A stretch of 63,181 nt of DNA, the filler included, from Chiloscyllium plagiosum (lineage: Eukaryota), in NCBI RefSeq assembly GCF_004010195.1. It is 5 parts of one record of this genome, joined end to end, with 100 filler letters (N's around TTAATTAATTAA, not from the genome) between each part and the next. Parts side by side here need not be neighbours in the genome. Positions count along the whole stretch, not along the records: positions 1 to 13,290 come from NC_057714.1; 4 more parts are not named here. The stretch is one strand, 5' to 3'. The position numbers and the translations under genes are program-made. Below are positions 1 to 13,290 of the stretch, piece by piece (position 1 is the first letter of the stretch; every line of letters starts with the position of its first letter). The notes below the pieces were generated by a model. That model was not told the DNA's origin and made no database searches. It worked only from the letters and a program-made list of their open reading frames with translations.

Positions 1-59
1 TGATCAAACGGCACAGCAGATCCGATTGGCTAAATGGCTTACTTCTGCTCCAATTTCCT

Positions 60-832
60 ATTTTCTGAAGTGATACATTTTGGAAGATCGAATTCAAATG
101 CAGATTACAGGGTCATAGGTAGCATTCTTGGCCGTGTGTAGGATAAGATGGATCTTAGGGTCCACGTCCGTAGGTAATTCCAAGTTACCATTCAAGTTGA
201 TAGGGGTGTAAAGAGGAGTATGGTGAGTTGGTTTTCGTTAACAGGAATATTGAGTTTAAGACCCGCGAAATTATGCTGGAGTTCTATAAAGCCCTGGTTG
301 GACCACACATGAAGTGTTGTGTTGAGTTCTGCTCGCCCATTACAGAAAGATATGGAAGCTTTCCAGAGGGTGCAGACTGGATTTACCAGGATGTTGCCTG
401 TGCAGGAGTGCATGTCTTATGGAGAATTTCGAAGGGAGCTGGGCTTTTCCCATTGGAGAGAAGAAGGATGAGAGCTACATAATGTAGGTGAGCAAGATGA
501 TGAGGCATAGATAGAGTGGACAGCTGGAGACTTTTTAACAGGGTGGAAATGGCTATCACGCAGGGAGAATAATTTCAAAGTGATTGGAGGAAGGCTGAGG
601 GGAGATGTCAGAGACAGTGTTTTTTTCTACAGATTGTGGTAGGTGCGTGGAATGCACAGCCAGCGGTGGTAGTAGAATCAGATACATTCAGGACATTCAA
701 GCAATTCTTGGATAGACACATAGATGATAATAAAATGAAGGGTATGAAGTTTAGTTTAGTCTTAGACGAGAATAAAAGATTGGCACAACATCGAGGGCTG
801 AAGGGCTGTGCTGTGCTGCATTCTTCTATGTT
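60..832 (+). mobile_element. CR1 LINE 3' fragment
   Basis: FYKALVGPHMKCCVEF remnant of LVRPHLEYCVQFW, CR1 3' UTR, ttctatg tail. Confidence 0.85.
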
Positions 833-3397
833 TCAATTTCCTATACTCTTATGAGCTTATGGAATCTGGAGTTAATGTACCCTCAGCTGAGGCTAACTTT
901 GGTAAGCATTTGATCGTCGGTTGTTAAAGCAAATTGGGACAGGTCTGAGTTTTGAATGGCCTATATCTGTTTCTAATTGTTGTGTCCCTGTGTCAAAAGA
1001 GTGATGATTGGCTTGAGGGGGGACACATTTTAAGAATAAGGACATTCCCATTTCTGACTGAGACAGGGATGTTTCTTTCTCTTTAGTGTTGTGTGATCTA
1101 TCGTGTTCCCACGCCCACGCAGCAGTGAAGACTGGGTTACTAAAAACATTCAAAATTGAGTTCCATAGATCATTCATGAACAAACGAATCCATGTTTATT
1201 GGGAACAGGCAGGAAAGGGAAGTTTAGTTACAATCAAATCAACAATGCACATTCTAAATGGGGTAGCAGGCGCGAGGGGCTGCATGGCCACCTGCCGTTC
1301 CGAACCCATGTCTTGTTCTCTCCCTCGATTCTTTTACAGAGGGAGAGGAAGATTCAATTCAGCCGATCAGCAATGAGACACGAGGAGAACTGTTTGCCAT
1401 TTAAGGATTTACAAAGGAACTTGATAAAGCCATTCAGCCATTTAAGTACATTACACAGCACATGAGGAGGCCATCCAACCTTTCTGAGCTGCTACGCAGG
1501 AACAGGGAACCCTGGGTATCTATGAGGAAATTGACAGTGGGGATTGATGTTTGTTTTCAGTTTGGAAATCTTTAACGTGGTGGAGTGCCTTCGATATCAG
1601 TGAAAGATCAACAACTATTTCGAACCTGTCAATGATTTGGATGTGGGGATTGATTGGATTTGAGCTCATTTGTCTCAGCCACCAAGATATTCATTCAATA
1701 AGATGTCACGTGGAGGTAGAGAGTCTGTAATGGGGGTAGAGAAAGGTGAGGTTAGTGTGTAAACCTTTAGCAGAAACAGTATAACCTGCGCAAATGAAGT
1801 TTATGCTGTGACAAAAGGGTAAAATACCAGTAAACAACTGAAAAGGAGAGAGATCACAAAACTCAGTGGTACAAAGGAATTTGTACATCCTGGTACATGC
1901 ATCACACAAAGTAATTATGCAGACGTGTTAAGTGGTTAGGAAAGTATATGGAATTATTCTACTCCATGCAATGGCTATCAGTATATTTTACTGCATCTGT
2001 AAAGGGGCTTTCTGAGGCCACATCTGATTTATTGCGTGTAGTTATGATTCCTTAAACTGAAAAATAAATATACTCAATTGATTCGGAAGCTTTGCAAAGT
2101 TGTACTTGTTCCTGGAAAGAAGGCCTTATTCTGTCTTACAGCTCAGAAACAGACTTTTCGGTTCACCTTGTCCAGGACGACCCGATGTCCTCAATTAATC
2201 TCATTTGGCAGCACTTGGCCATAACCCTTCCTATTCAAGTGTCCATTCAAATGGTTTTTAAATGTAATTTTCCCGGACGCCAACACTTCCTTTGGCGGTT
2301 CATTCCATACACTCCGAGAAAAGATTACCACTTTTATTTCTTTAAAATCTTTCACCCTCACCTTCAAACTATGTGCTCTAGTTTTGGACTCTCTAACCCT
2401 CAGAAAATGTCCTTGGCTATTCACCATTTCCATTCCCCTCATGATTTTATAAACCTCTACAAGGCCAGAGCACTTCAGGTTTGAGAATGAGAGATTTTCA
2501 TACTGAACCATATAAGATCTTGGGGAGAGTGCATCACGTGCTTGGCTGATGGACATTTCCTCTGGTGTGGGAAACTAGAACTAAGGGTTCAAATTTAAGA
2601 GAACAATTTATTCATTTTGACACAGATAGCCCAAAGACATGAACTTATTGGACAAAATTATAAGGACACATACAAACGCATCTTCAAATGACAGCTTATA
2701 AATTGCTCCAACATGGAGCAGGGAACAGGGACGGATTCGTACAGTCCCAAGCATGTTCAACGAGGCTTCACATGGCCCAATTCGGTGGTCAGATAACATT
2801 ATTGTATATTTCATTTAAACGTTGGAGAAGATGCAACCTGCTAGAGACGTCATGGCTTATTGTTTCCTTTGTTTCCTCGTTCCTTCTCACAGCAACGTAT
2901 GAGAGGGGAAAACTCATCTTTAGCACTCGTGAAGGATACTTGTTGAGGATTCATTGGAATCTCCACACTGCCAGAAGCAAAGGGAATTCAGCCAAATCCA
3001 AATGTTCCAGGAAGGAATCCGATTGACAGCAGCTTGCGTGAACAGTATGACCTCAGATGCAGAATTCAGTTTAATATTTGTCTTGAATTTGACTTTTGCT
3101 ACGAAAAGCTCTTTCAAACTGCTATTCTACAGAGTTGTTTTTCTGTTTGTCTTCATGCATGTGTTGTGTGTGTGTTGTGCACCTGTGTGTGTAACACTGT
3201 GAATGTCTCAGTGTTTGTGTCCGTGTGTGCACGTTTCTGTGTAGACAAATTGCGTCTCAGTATACATCGAAAGATAAATATTAAAGTACATATTTGTCCA
3301 CACAGCTTGTCATGTATCTTTACATCAAAGGTTGAGTAAGTTTACTTTGGTAAATTACCTTTCCCAATTTAATTTATCTACCTGACTTGTCCATAAC

Positions 3398-3483
3398 AAA
3401 GAACCTGACCTAGTCTGAGAACTACATAATTGGTCATATTAAAGAACCTGACCTAGTCTGAGAACTACATAATTGGTCATATT
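3398..3483. repeat. Perfect 43-bp tandem duplication
   Basis: aaagaacctgacctagtctgagaactacataattggtcatatt occurs at 3398-3440 and 3441-3483. Confidence 0.95.
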
Positions 3484-4562
3484 ACCAACGTAGTTACATT
3501 TAACATTTGTCATGACCAATGGAGGAGCTGAAGTAGAAAATGAAACAGAGACATCTCCATGCCCAGTCTGACAGGGATGAGGAGAAATTCACAAAAGGCT
3601 GTTTGAGTGGGAATGGTCTTCCCCAGAAGTTTGTGGTGCTTGTGTGTTTGCATTTATTCAAAGCCATGCGACTACGATATTGGATAGTAAAGGACAATGA
3701 ACTACAGACAGGAAAGTGAGGCTGAAGCCATAATCTCATCAACCACAATCTGAGTGCCTGGTGGAGAAGGCTCAAAGTCTCTAATGACCAACCCTTCTCC
3801 TCTATTCCATGTTCCTATGTTCGATTGAACCTCTCAAACCTACTGGACAGGAACAGTCGGAGGCCATTTACCACAGTAACCTGGTGCATAGAAACAGCAG
3901 AAACCAATCAGCCAATGAAGACTGTCACACACATTTTGACATGGCGTTGGAAAATATTCTTGGGAAAAGAAAGGGTAGGTGANNNNNNNNNNNNNNNNNN
4001 NNNNNNNNNNNNNNNNNNNNNNNNNNCTCCCTGATTGCAACATCCAATAACAGAACTTCCAGGAAAATAACTTCCCAATAACAGAATGAGAGAACGTCAG
4101 ATACACAAATAGGTCATTCAGCCCTTCTTGTCTTTTTTCCCGTCAGTATGATCATAGCTAATCTGCAAAATCCTCAACTATTCTTTTCTGCTCAATCCCT
4201 GCAGCCCTCAATATTCTGATGCCTCATATATCCATTGTGCCCCCTTCCAAATATCTAAGTGATCTACCTCCCAACTTCTCCGGAATACAGAAGTCCTGAC
4301 AGTCACTACCCTCTGTGAGAAGGAAACGCCCCTCACAAACATACCGTGACCTATTCACATGAATAGAAGATATGAACACGCGGTAAGAGTGACTGGCCCT
4401 GGTATCAAGGCAGGGTTTAACTGTGGATAGTATCAAGGAACCCGAACAGAATTGAATACAAAGGGAATGAATTGTAAACTCCCCACTAGTTAGATGCATT
4501 CAGAGGACAAGTGAAGATATTTGTGGTTGGTAAGGATAAATCATTTCTGTCACAGGACATCT

Positions 4563-4724
4563 CATAGAACATAGAACATAGAAGAATACAGCGCAGTACA
4601 GGCCCTTTGGCCCTCGATGTTGCGCCGATCCAAGCCCACCTAACCTATACTAACCCACTATCCTCCATATACCTATCCAATGCCCGCTTAAATGCCCATA
4701 AAGAGGGAGAGTCCACCACTGCTA
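4563..4724 (-). mobile_element. 162-bp 3' end of the same young CR1 subfamily
   Basis: Identical by eye to 32057-32218. Confidence 0.9.
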
Positions 4725-5432
4725 ACCTTACAGCCTGTTTTATACTGTATTTCAATGTCCTTCCTACCGAAGTGCATCACCTCACACTGCTCTGCATTAA
4801 TCCTCATCTGCCATAAACCTGAAAACTACACCAATGTGTCACTGTCCTGTTGGAGTTCCACACTGTCCATCACAAACATTATAATTCTTCCAGGTTTAGT
4901 ATCTGCATATTTTGAAATTGTCCTACAGTCACACACCACACAGAAATACCGATTCACTCACTATTGTGAGGAAGTGCACTATTCACACACTCCCTGAGGA
5001 CAGACTTAAATACTGACACCCACCAGACAAAGCAAGTGAAATGCTGACAAGGTCACCCTGGAGCAAGAGAAATACCGACAGACATTCCATGTCTGTATTA
5101 GTTTCTGCGTATTAATGAGTTTCTCTAAATCTCTGTATCAGTGTGTGTGTGTATATCTGTGTGTGTCTGCGTGGGACGAGTCTGGCAGTCACTATGGTGC
5201 TTACAGTGATGTAATATCCACCTGACACGAGTTCTGAGGAAGGGTCACTCGACCTAAAACGTTAACTTTCATTTCTGTCCACAGATGCTGCCAGACCTGC
5301 TGAGCTTTATTTTGCTGTCAGTCTCTGCTCGTCTCCCCCCAGCACTGTACAGCTTGGAGTGGAGGGTAAAAATCATCAGAGATTCAGTTTACGAGGGACA
5401 GAGGGAGGGCAGCAGCTCACAGCATCATCAAC

Positions 5433-5626
5433 AAACACACACACACACACACAAACACACAGACAGTCACAGGCACACAGACACACACACACTCAGAGAA
5501 ATAGACACATAACATGTGCAGAGAGATAGATACACACAGAGGGGCACACAGATATACATATAAACGCACACAAATAGACAAGTGCGGACAGAAATGCGCA
5601 GATACATGCTTGGACATACAAACACA
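5433..5626. repeat. Degenerate (CA)n microsatellite; smaller TG-rich tracts at 3160-3242 and 5141-5170
   Basis: Direct reading. Confidence 0.85.
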
Positions 5627-5869
5627 CTTGGAGTCAGAGAGTTACACTGAGTGTTTGTAAACAGACCTATCGGCCCATACAGTCCATGCGGATGATAATC
5701 TCAATCTAAGCCAGTCCCACTTGCATGTGCTTGGATCATATTTTCCCAAACCTTCCCTTATACTTGCACTTAATCAAATGTCTTTTAAACGTTGTAACTT
5801 TACCCACACCCATCACTTCTCAGGACGTTCGTTCCATACACGAACCAAATGATGTGTAATCACAACGCA

Positions 5870-6140
5870 CTTCATGGGCACTGATCAGGGGTACACGAGA
5901 ACTCAGTGGGAAGCTTGGGAAGTAAGTGCTGGGAATCTTGATGACATGTACTTATCATCAACAGCCGAAGGAATAATGCAGGAAGACATGAGGCTGATTT
6001 ACGTGGTGCCATTATTATACAAATTGGGATGGAAAAGGCAGGGAACAACAGACCGGTGAGCATGACATCGGTGGTGGGCAAGATGTTGGAGAGAATCCTG
6101 AGGGACAGGATGTACATGTATTTGGAAAGGCAAGGACTGA
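5870..6140 (+). mobile_element. CR1 ORF2 fragment running into a gap
   Basis: PGNYRPVSLTSVVGK-like motif AGNNRPVSMTSVVGKMLERILRD. Confidence 0.85.
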
Positions 6141-6798
6141 NNNNNNNNNNNNNNNNNNNNNNNNNNNNNNNNNNNNNNNNNNNNNNNNNNNNNNNNNNNN
6201 NNNNNNNNNNNNNNNNNNNNNNNNNNNNNNNNNNNNNNNNNNNNNNNNNNNNNNNNNNNNNNNNNNNNNNNNNNNNNNNNNNNNNNNNNNNNNNNNNNNN
6301 NNNNNNNNNNNNNNNNNNNNNNNNNNNNNNNNNNNNNNNNNNNNNNNNNNNNNNNNNNNNNNNNNNNNNNNNNNNNNNNNNNNNNNNNNNNNNNNNNNNN
6401 NNNNNNNNNNNNNNNNNNNNNNNNNNNNNNNNNNNNNNNNNNNNNNNNNNNNNNNNNNNNNNNNNNNNNNNNNNNNNNNNNNNNNNNNNNNNNNNNNNNN
6501 NNNNNNNNNNNNNNNNNNNNNNNNNNNNNNNNNNNNNNNNNNNNNNNNNNNNNNNNNNNNNNNNNNNNNNNNNNNNNNNNNNNNNNNNNNNNNNNNNNNN
6601 NNNNNNNNNNNNNNNNNNNNNNNNNNNNNNNNNNNNNNNNNNNNNNNNNNNNNNNNNNNNNNNNNNNNNNNNNNNNNNNNNNNNNNNNNNNNNNNNNNNN
6701 NNNNNNNNNNNNNNNNNNNNNNNNNNNNNNNNNNNNNNNNNNNNNNNNNNNNNNNNNNNNNNNNNNNNNNNNNNNNNNNNNNNNNNNNNNNNNNNNNN
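6141..6798. other. Assembly gap (658 N); a 44-N gap is at 3983-4026
   Basis: N runs. Confidence 0.99.
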
Positions 6799-9700
6799 AT
6801 CTCAGGGCGCATCCTCAAGGTAGCTTTCTTCAGCTGCTTCAACGTCTTTCCCACATCATACGGTCAGAAGTGGGAGATGTTCCCTGAAGATTGTTAAGAA
6901 TAATTTGTCACCTGTCCACTGCTGAAGCAGTCCATATCCATGTGCAGCAATGCCTGGATAGCATCTAAACTGTGTTGCTAAAGTGAAGGTAAAATTCATG
7001 CAGTTCTCCAGCTAGTCCCACAGTTAAACAAGAGCAGCTCAATCAGCACCTCAAGCTGGTTGCAACGGAATGTATTAAACCCACTGAAACTATTGGACAA
7101 GAACAGGGGTAGCCCATTCAGTTCCTCCTGCCTGTTAAACAAGGAGGGAAGGAGTGTAGACAGAACACCGAGGTGTTAAACAGGTGACAGGAGTTGCCAA
7201 GTCAGGTCTTTGAGCCTCTTCCATGTGAGCAAGAAGAGGCCATTCACCTGTCAAGTCAATTACGCAGAAATAGGAATATGTCATTGATGACCCAACATGA
7301 CAAACGGTGAAGCAGCGACTACACAGATAAACTGCTCTATGTTATTCCTCCTGGATCCATTGCCAGTGGTGCACGTGTTACTTTAACTTGGTTTACTGAA
7401 GGTGAGAAAGAAAGGTGGATGGTTCGTGCCAAGTCTCATCTAAACAGCTTCTGTCTCGGAGAAGACAGACTGGTGTTTTTATGGAGACTAGAAACTGGTG
7501 GGAATGGCTACCTCTTTCAGAAATACGGTATTGTGGCTGCTGACAGATTTCTGAACAGTGCAGGTTTGCACACCAATTGCATACTGAGACTGTGATAGTT
7601 CATTCAGAGCCTGGAGCTGCCTCTCAAACAACATGGGGGCTCCGCGCAGGGATGTGAACTATTGGGAATCAAATATCATGGAAAAATGTAATGTTGCACA
7701 TGATCACTGTCTTTGTCTTGACAATATGAGTGTTAGTGCCTAATCCTCAAGTTTAAATTTAAAAGACTGTTAATCGCTCTCAGCACCACAAAGTAAATAC
7801 TCATTTTGTTCACACATTCCTCACGGTACCATCATCCCAGGAATAAGTCTGGTGAAACTACTTTGCACTATCTCACTTGCAATGAAATAATTCATTATAA
7901 AGGAGAAAGAATCTGTACTCAGTGGCCTAAATAGTGATCAAGCAACACTCTACAACCGCAGGAAAATGAATTTACTTCAACACTTGAATCATTTTGTAAT
8001 GAAGGACAACATACCATTTACTGCCCTGATTACTTGCTGGCTCATGTGAATTGTGTAAGTGATAACTGCAGTTCCCAATCTCTCATCTTCTAATAAATTC
8101 AAACTGAAAAGGTCTATATTTGTTGCTCACATTCAAGTCATTTATTTGCCTTGTGAGCAGCTGTGCTCCAAGCACTGATACATGTGATCCCTATGAGCAA
8201 TGACCTTTAGTCCAGAGCAGGAACTTACTCTCTGTATTCTCCCCATTATCCAATTCTCAATACATGTAGTATATTCACTCCTTACATAAGGACTCTAACG
8301 TTCTTCCTTTCCTGTCAAAAGCCTCCTGAAGATTCAAATACACTGTTCCCATTGGTTCTCATTTGTCGATGTCACAATCAACATTCTCTACAAACTCCAA
8401 GTGGTTTATCAAAACGATTTCCCTTTCTAAAATCTAGGCTGACTCCGCAAATCATATCATTATTCTCCAAGGATATAGTTATTGCGAATTACTAAAAAAA
8501 AATCTAATATTTTCCCTCACATCTGAGATCGATTTATTCATCAGTTGGTGTTCTGTTTTAAATATTTGTGGTCACAGTAGTTACTTTTAAGTCTGCAGTA
8601 TTCTTTCCATAACATAAAATGCTTTGACAATCTTTGCCCTTCCTCAAAGAGTTAAGGAATTGACTGTACAGAATCAGGCCATTTTGTACCTGCTGCCGAA
8701 AGAGCTATGTTATTTAGTCCAGCAACTTACCAACATTCAATCCAATGAGCTTTGTTTGTTTTTCCCCCAGTACTTCCTCTTTGATAATTCTAACTTCTTG
8801 CAGTTCCACATTTTCGCCAGTCACCCTAACATTTCGGGAAGATTTTCTATTCCTTCCTCTGTGTGGAGACATAACCAACATATTCACCTCACCGGACGGA
8901 GATGGCCTCCGTCACCTTGTGAGCACATGAGAGGATGGCAATCTGACAAAATGAATGCTTCACCCACTCCTACTTAGAAAGTTTAGAATCAAAACAGTTG
9001 ATGGGCATTTTGAGTACTGTCCTCTCCTTGGTGTGAGACTACAGTTTGTGCTGATGGAGGTTTCACAGCTCTGTGACCTCATTGTTGAAATTAACTTCAT
9101 ACTTTGCACATGGGAAAGGTACATCATTTGGAAATATTTGTGGAAATCTCAGAGAGGATAGTCTGGTGTCCTTCTCCTTCCTATGCAGTCTCTGCAGTCC
9201 CAGACTCTCTCCAAAATGTAGTGCCCAAACCTTGTCCAGAGTGGGGACACCAGACCCTCAGGTTTCCCTAGATCATTGTAGTTGCTGATAACACAAACCC
9301 AAGAAAACAATCCAGAGAGCCTCCACTCACTTTCCAGTGACCGGTACAAGTCAAATCTCTGTATACATGTCACACCCACTCAGAGTTTAGAAATGACTTT
9401 TTCTCCTCAGTTTCTATTCCTGACTGACAAACCATTGCAGCTCTGCGCAGTCCCTGTGAGCTGAAATATTGCTGGCCCTGTTCTCCATTGAAATAGCTGA
9501 CAATGTAACTGAACAAATTTCTTTACCTCAGTCACAATAACAGCAACACTACCCGTTAACAGTGTAGATACTGGGGATCCGACGGTCTCGTGCTATTATC
9601 TCCAGACCAGCTAATGACTCAGACCTGGTCTTGAATCCCGCCTCATCAGATTATGGAATTTGAATTCAATGTAGTATTTGGATTAACAATCTAATGAAGA

Positions 9701-11245
9701 TTGTCAATTGTCAAATAAGAGCAAACACCTGGCCCATTTGTGTCCTCCGTGGAAGGAAATCTGTTACCTTCACGTGGTCAGGTCTACGTGTGTCACCAGA
9801 CCCAAAGAAATGTGATTGACTTTCAATTGCCCTTTGAAATGGCCAAGTCAAACATTCAGTTATATCACCACAAGATCTCAATGAAATGAAAACAGACAGA
9901 TATAAGCACTGGCAGCCTACAGCATTTGGGCTACATTGGTTCAAGTAGGCAGCTCACCAACACCCTCTGGTGGGCAACCCGGAAAGTGAAATATATATTG
10001 GCCCAGCCAGTGACACCCAGGTCCCATTATTGAATAAAAGAAGATGACCATACTCAGGGAAGAGAGACAGAGGGGACATACCTCGTTTTAAGCAGAGATT
10101 TGGATATATATCTACATAGGCATGATACTCAGGAATATGGAAAAGATTTAAAAAAATCAACGAGATTAATATCACATTTTATTTCCATCCCAGCTGATCA
10201 TCAACAATTCGTTTGTTTGATTATTTTTCTCTGTCTCTCTATTTCTCCATATATTCACCTCTCTCGACCAACACAATTTAACTATTTCCCAGCTGCTTTC
10301 AGATCTGATGCATGATGAGTGGACTGAAAATGCTAACTCTGTTTTTCTCTCAATAGAAACTGCCAAACCCGTTCAGTTTCCCCAGCACGTTGTGTCTTTT
10401 TGTTTCAGATCTTCAGTAGCTTTCTTTGTTTGATTTAATGTTTATTTTTGGTATTTTATGGGATGTCATCATCACTGCCAATGGCAGCATTTGACGACCA
10501 TCACTAATTGCCCTTTTTTATGACCATTCCACAAGGCAGTCCTGAGCCAAGCACATTGTTGTGGGTCTGAACTCACTCTCAATCCAGACCCGGTAACGAC
10601 GTTAGATTACTTTAGCAAAGGACATCAGTGAAACAGGTAGATTTTTAGACAAAATGTTCCTCGTTTTATGGTTACAGATTGTGCATTTGTTTTTATTTAT
10701 ATTCTTATCATTTGAATTTAAGTTCTGCGATCAGCTGTGGTAGGATTTGAAACAGTATATTTAGTATTTTGATCTGTGCCTCTGAATTACCCATCCAGCG
10801 ACATTACTACTCTGACGGTGTCCCTGTCATGCACTTACTTTAGAGGCATTACAAGTTTGTTATCCATCTATTCGTAACTGGAGCAGTGGCTAGAAGAGAA
10901 CTGCATCTGTAAAATCTGACCTTTACCAAGGCATAGATAATGGTTTATTCAGCAACAGCACTGACACAATGTTGGAGACTCAGGGTGTTATGAAGCTGGT
11001 AGTGAGCAGGTTTGGTGATGGTGACAATACCAAGATATTAATCAGTTCAACGCAAAAAGAGTGCTCACAGTTTTGTGTCAAATGTTTGTGAGAAAGATGA
11101 GTGAAATTTGTGGATAATGAGTGGAATTTATAACGAAACTAAATACAGTATTTTCTGGTTTTACCAGATATAGATAACAAAAAAACGCAATGAAGTTGAA
11201 CATGGTTTATGTAATTAATAAATAGATAGAGGTGGAAAAACTTAC

Positions 11246-11420
11246 CCGGAACACCAACAATAGCGAGACTGGGATAATAACCTGCCTGAATAATCAACAG
11301 TACACCGTATATTTGCTCTGCTAATGTTGACTGAGACCAGGAAAACCAGAAAAGACCATTGGATATACTCCTGTACATTGTTGTAACATTCCAGTCTAAT
11401 GTTCTCAGGTTATGATCCAT
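11246..11420 (-). CDS. First coding exon of a GPR139/GPR142-like class A GPCR (N-terminus and start of TM1)
   Basis: ATG at 11420. MDHNLRTLDWNVTTMY...IIQAGYYPSLAIVGVP is followed by a phase-1 G|GTAAG donor (cttac at 11241-11245 on +). An N-glycosylation sequon (NVT) is present. YYPxLAxVGVP plus an intron at this point is the pattern I recall for the two-exon GPR139-like genes of cartilaginous fish. Exon 2 was not found in the window. Confidence 0.75.
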
Positions 11421-12350
11421 TACTGGAGCATTCCAATTTGTTGTTCTCAGATACTGATCTCTCCTTTCCTTGTAGCTGCTGACTCCGTTAATGTCGGAGG
11501 TGGTGTATCTGTTGCTACCAAGGGATAAGGCATCGAAAGAAGTCCCTTACTAATAGGAGAGGGAAAGCCTCTATTGACACAGTTGAGTCCATGGAGGCTC
11601 AAATCAATCACAGTTACTAAACAAACAGTTCCAATTAACCCTTTCACTACTGCACTTGCAGCTCACATTAACTACTGGACTGGATTGGATGTCGAAATCT
11701 CTAGCTATTGGCCACATCTCTAGACACTAATTGCTCTTACAAAGTTGGTGTCGAGGTGAGGGCGGGGTGGGAGTGATGGATGTTTTCTTTTTGCAGATTA
11801 GATTATTTTGCTGTGCTGTTCATGTACAATGTTGTAATGGCTTGCAGCTCCAAACATCACACAATCAAGTTGTTGTTATTGTGTTGTTCTCTCCTCCGCT
11901 AGAACAACTGCCAACCAAAAGATTGTCCCTGTGCATAGTTGCTGTTGAAATGCAGAGAAAGTTTGGAAAGGTTTGGACATGACTCTGACTGCTATCTGAA
12001 GGCAACACTGGAATGTCAACACACAATGCGCTTCAGGTTTTTTTTAAATCAACAAGCATCTTTTTGCTGTTTTATTCGCTTTAAAACAGTGAGATTTACA
12101 TTTTTTGACTTCAGTCGAAAGAAAAAAAAACAGAATGTACAAAGATCTGATATAATCAAAACCCCTGGATTAATGAGCCTGGGAGAGAATGAAAATCACA
12201 TTAGTTATGAGACAGAAAGGAACGGGAGCAGTGGTTGTGGCGATTTGAGGGGAAGACAACGATATACCCCAGACACCATCACGCGTTCTGACAGACAGAA
12301 TGAAATGCAAAGCAAAGCAACCAAAATGAGATAGAATACTGATAGCTGAT

Positions 12351-12765
12351 GTGGCTCTATGGCTCAGGGATTAGCACTAAACTTTCACAGTGCTAGATCC
12401 TGGTTCGATTCCAACTTCAGGCGAATCTCTGTGTGGAGTTTGCCTATTCTCCACAGGTCTTAATGTATTTCATCCCACAGTTCAAAGACGTGCAGATTAG
12501 GTGAATTGGCCAAGCTGTTCTTCTCATTGTGGTAAAAACAATGACTGCAGATGCTGGAAACCAGATTCTGGATCAGTGGTGCTGGAAGAGCACAGCAATT
12601 CAGGCAGCATCTGAGGACAGGCAAAATCGACGTTTCGGGCAAAAGCCCTTCATCAGGAATAAGGGGGTTAGGCACAATAGTGAGGGGTCAATATCGGGGG
12701 CGGGTGGGGAGGGGTAGACGAATGGGTCTGGTTAGGAGACTCTTCCAAGGACCTGTTTCCACACT
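12351..12765 (+). mobile_element. Diverged HE1-type SINE interrupted by a Penelope fragment
   Basis: tggctcagggattagc and ggttcgattcc boxes, body gtgtggagtttgc. Confidence 0.7.
12625..12660 (-). ncRNA. Minimal hammerhead ribozyme in a Penelope-derived insert (insert about 12531-12660)
   Basis: The reverse complement, attcCTGATGAaGGGCttttGCCCGAAAcgTCgatt, has an intact core. Confidence 0.78.
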
Positions 12766-13290
12766 AAATGCATTCGATGAATGTGAACAGGGCTATTTCA
12801 AATGGAAAAAAATATTATGCTACATAAATATTTCAATCACTGGATATACCGTTTGGCAGTTGTGTGCACAAAGAGAACATCGAACATTACAGGGCAGTAC
12901 AAACCATTCTGCACTCGATGTTGCGCCGACCTATGAAACCTATCTGAAGCCCATCTAAACCACACTACACCATTTTTCATCCACGTGCCTATCCAATGAT
13001 CACTTAAATGGTTTTAAAGTTGGCGAGTCTACAACTGATGCAGGCAGTGTTTTCCACACCCCTGCAGCTCGCTGAGTAAAGAAACGACCTTCGACATCTG
13101 AGCTATGGCTCACAGTGAGAACGAAAGAGTTACATTACAGGAGGGTAGAAAAGGATTGTTCAAATGGCCACATCAATGTCCGAAAAACTTAACACTGCAA
13201 TATGTGAGATGCTGCACTTTGAAAGAAGTAACAAATCAACACAGTACTCAAACCATGGAGATAGGCTAAATTTGCTTTTGCTTTACTTTG

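Noticed and set aside
2893..3026. Possible exon after a pyrimidine-rich acceptor (tccttctcacag)
   Set aside because: The translation matches neither ARMC3 exons 2-3 nor any family I recognise, and no partner exon was found.
3398..3483. 43-bp duplication as a functional element
   Set aside because: Two perfect copies with no motif. A recent slippage or an assembly overlap is sufficient explanation.
6015..6854. Long ORFs of 264-279 aa
   Set aside because: Made almost entirely of N-gap X residues.
7311..7595. About 95-codon open frame SSDYTDKLLYVIPPGS..CILRL
   Set aside because: No start codon at its beginning, no clear splice sites and no recognisable motif. Its length is compatible with chance.
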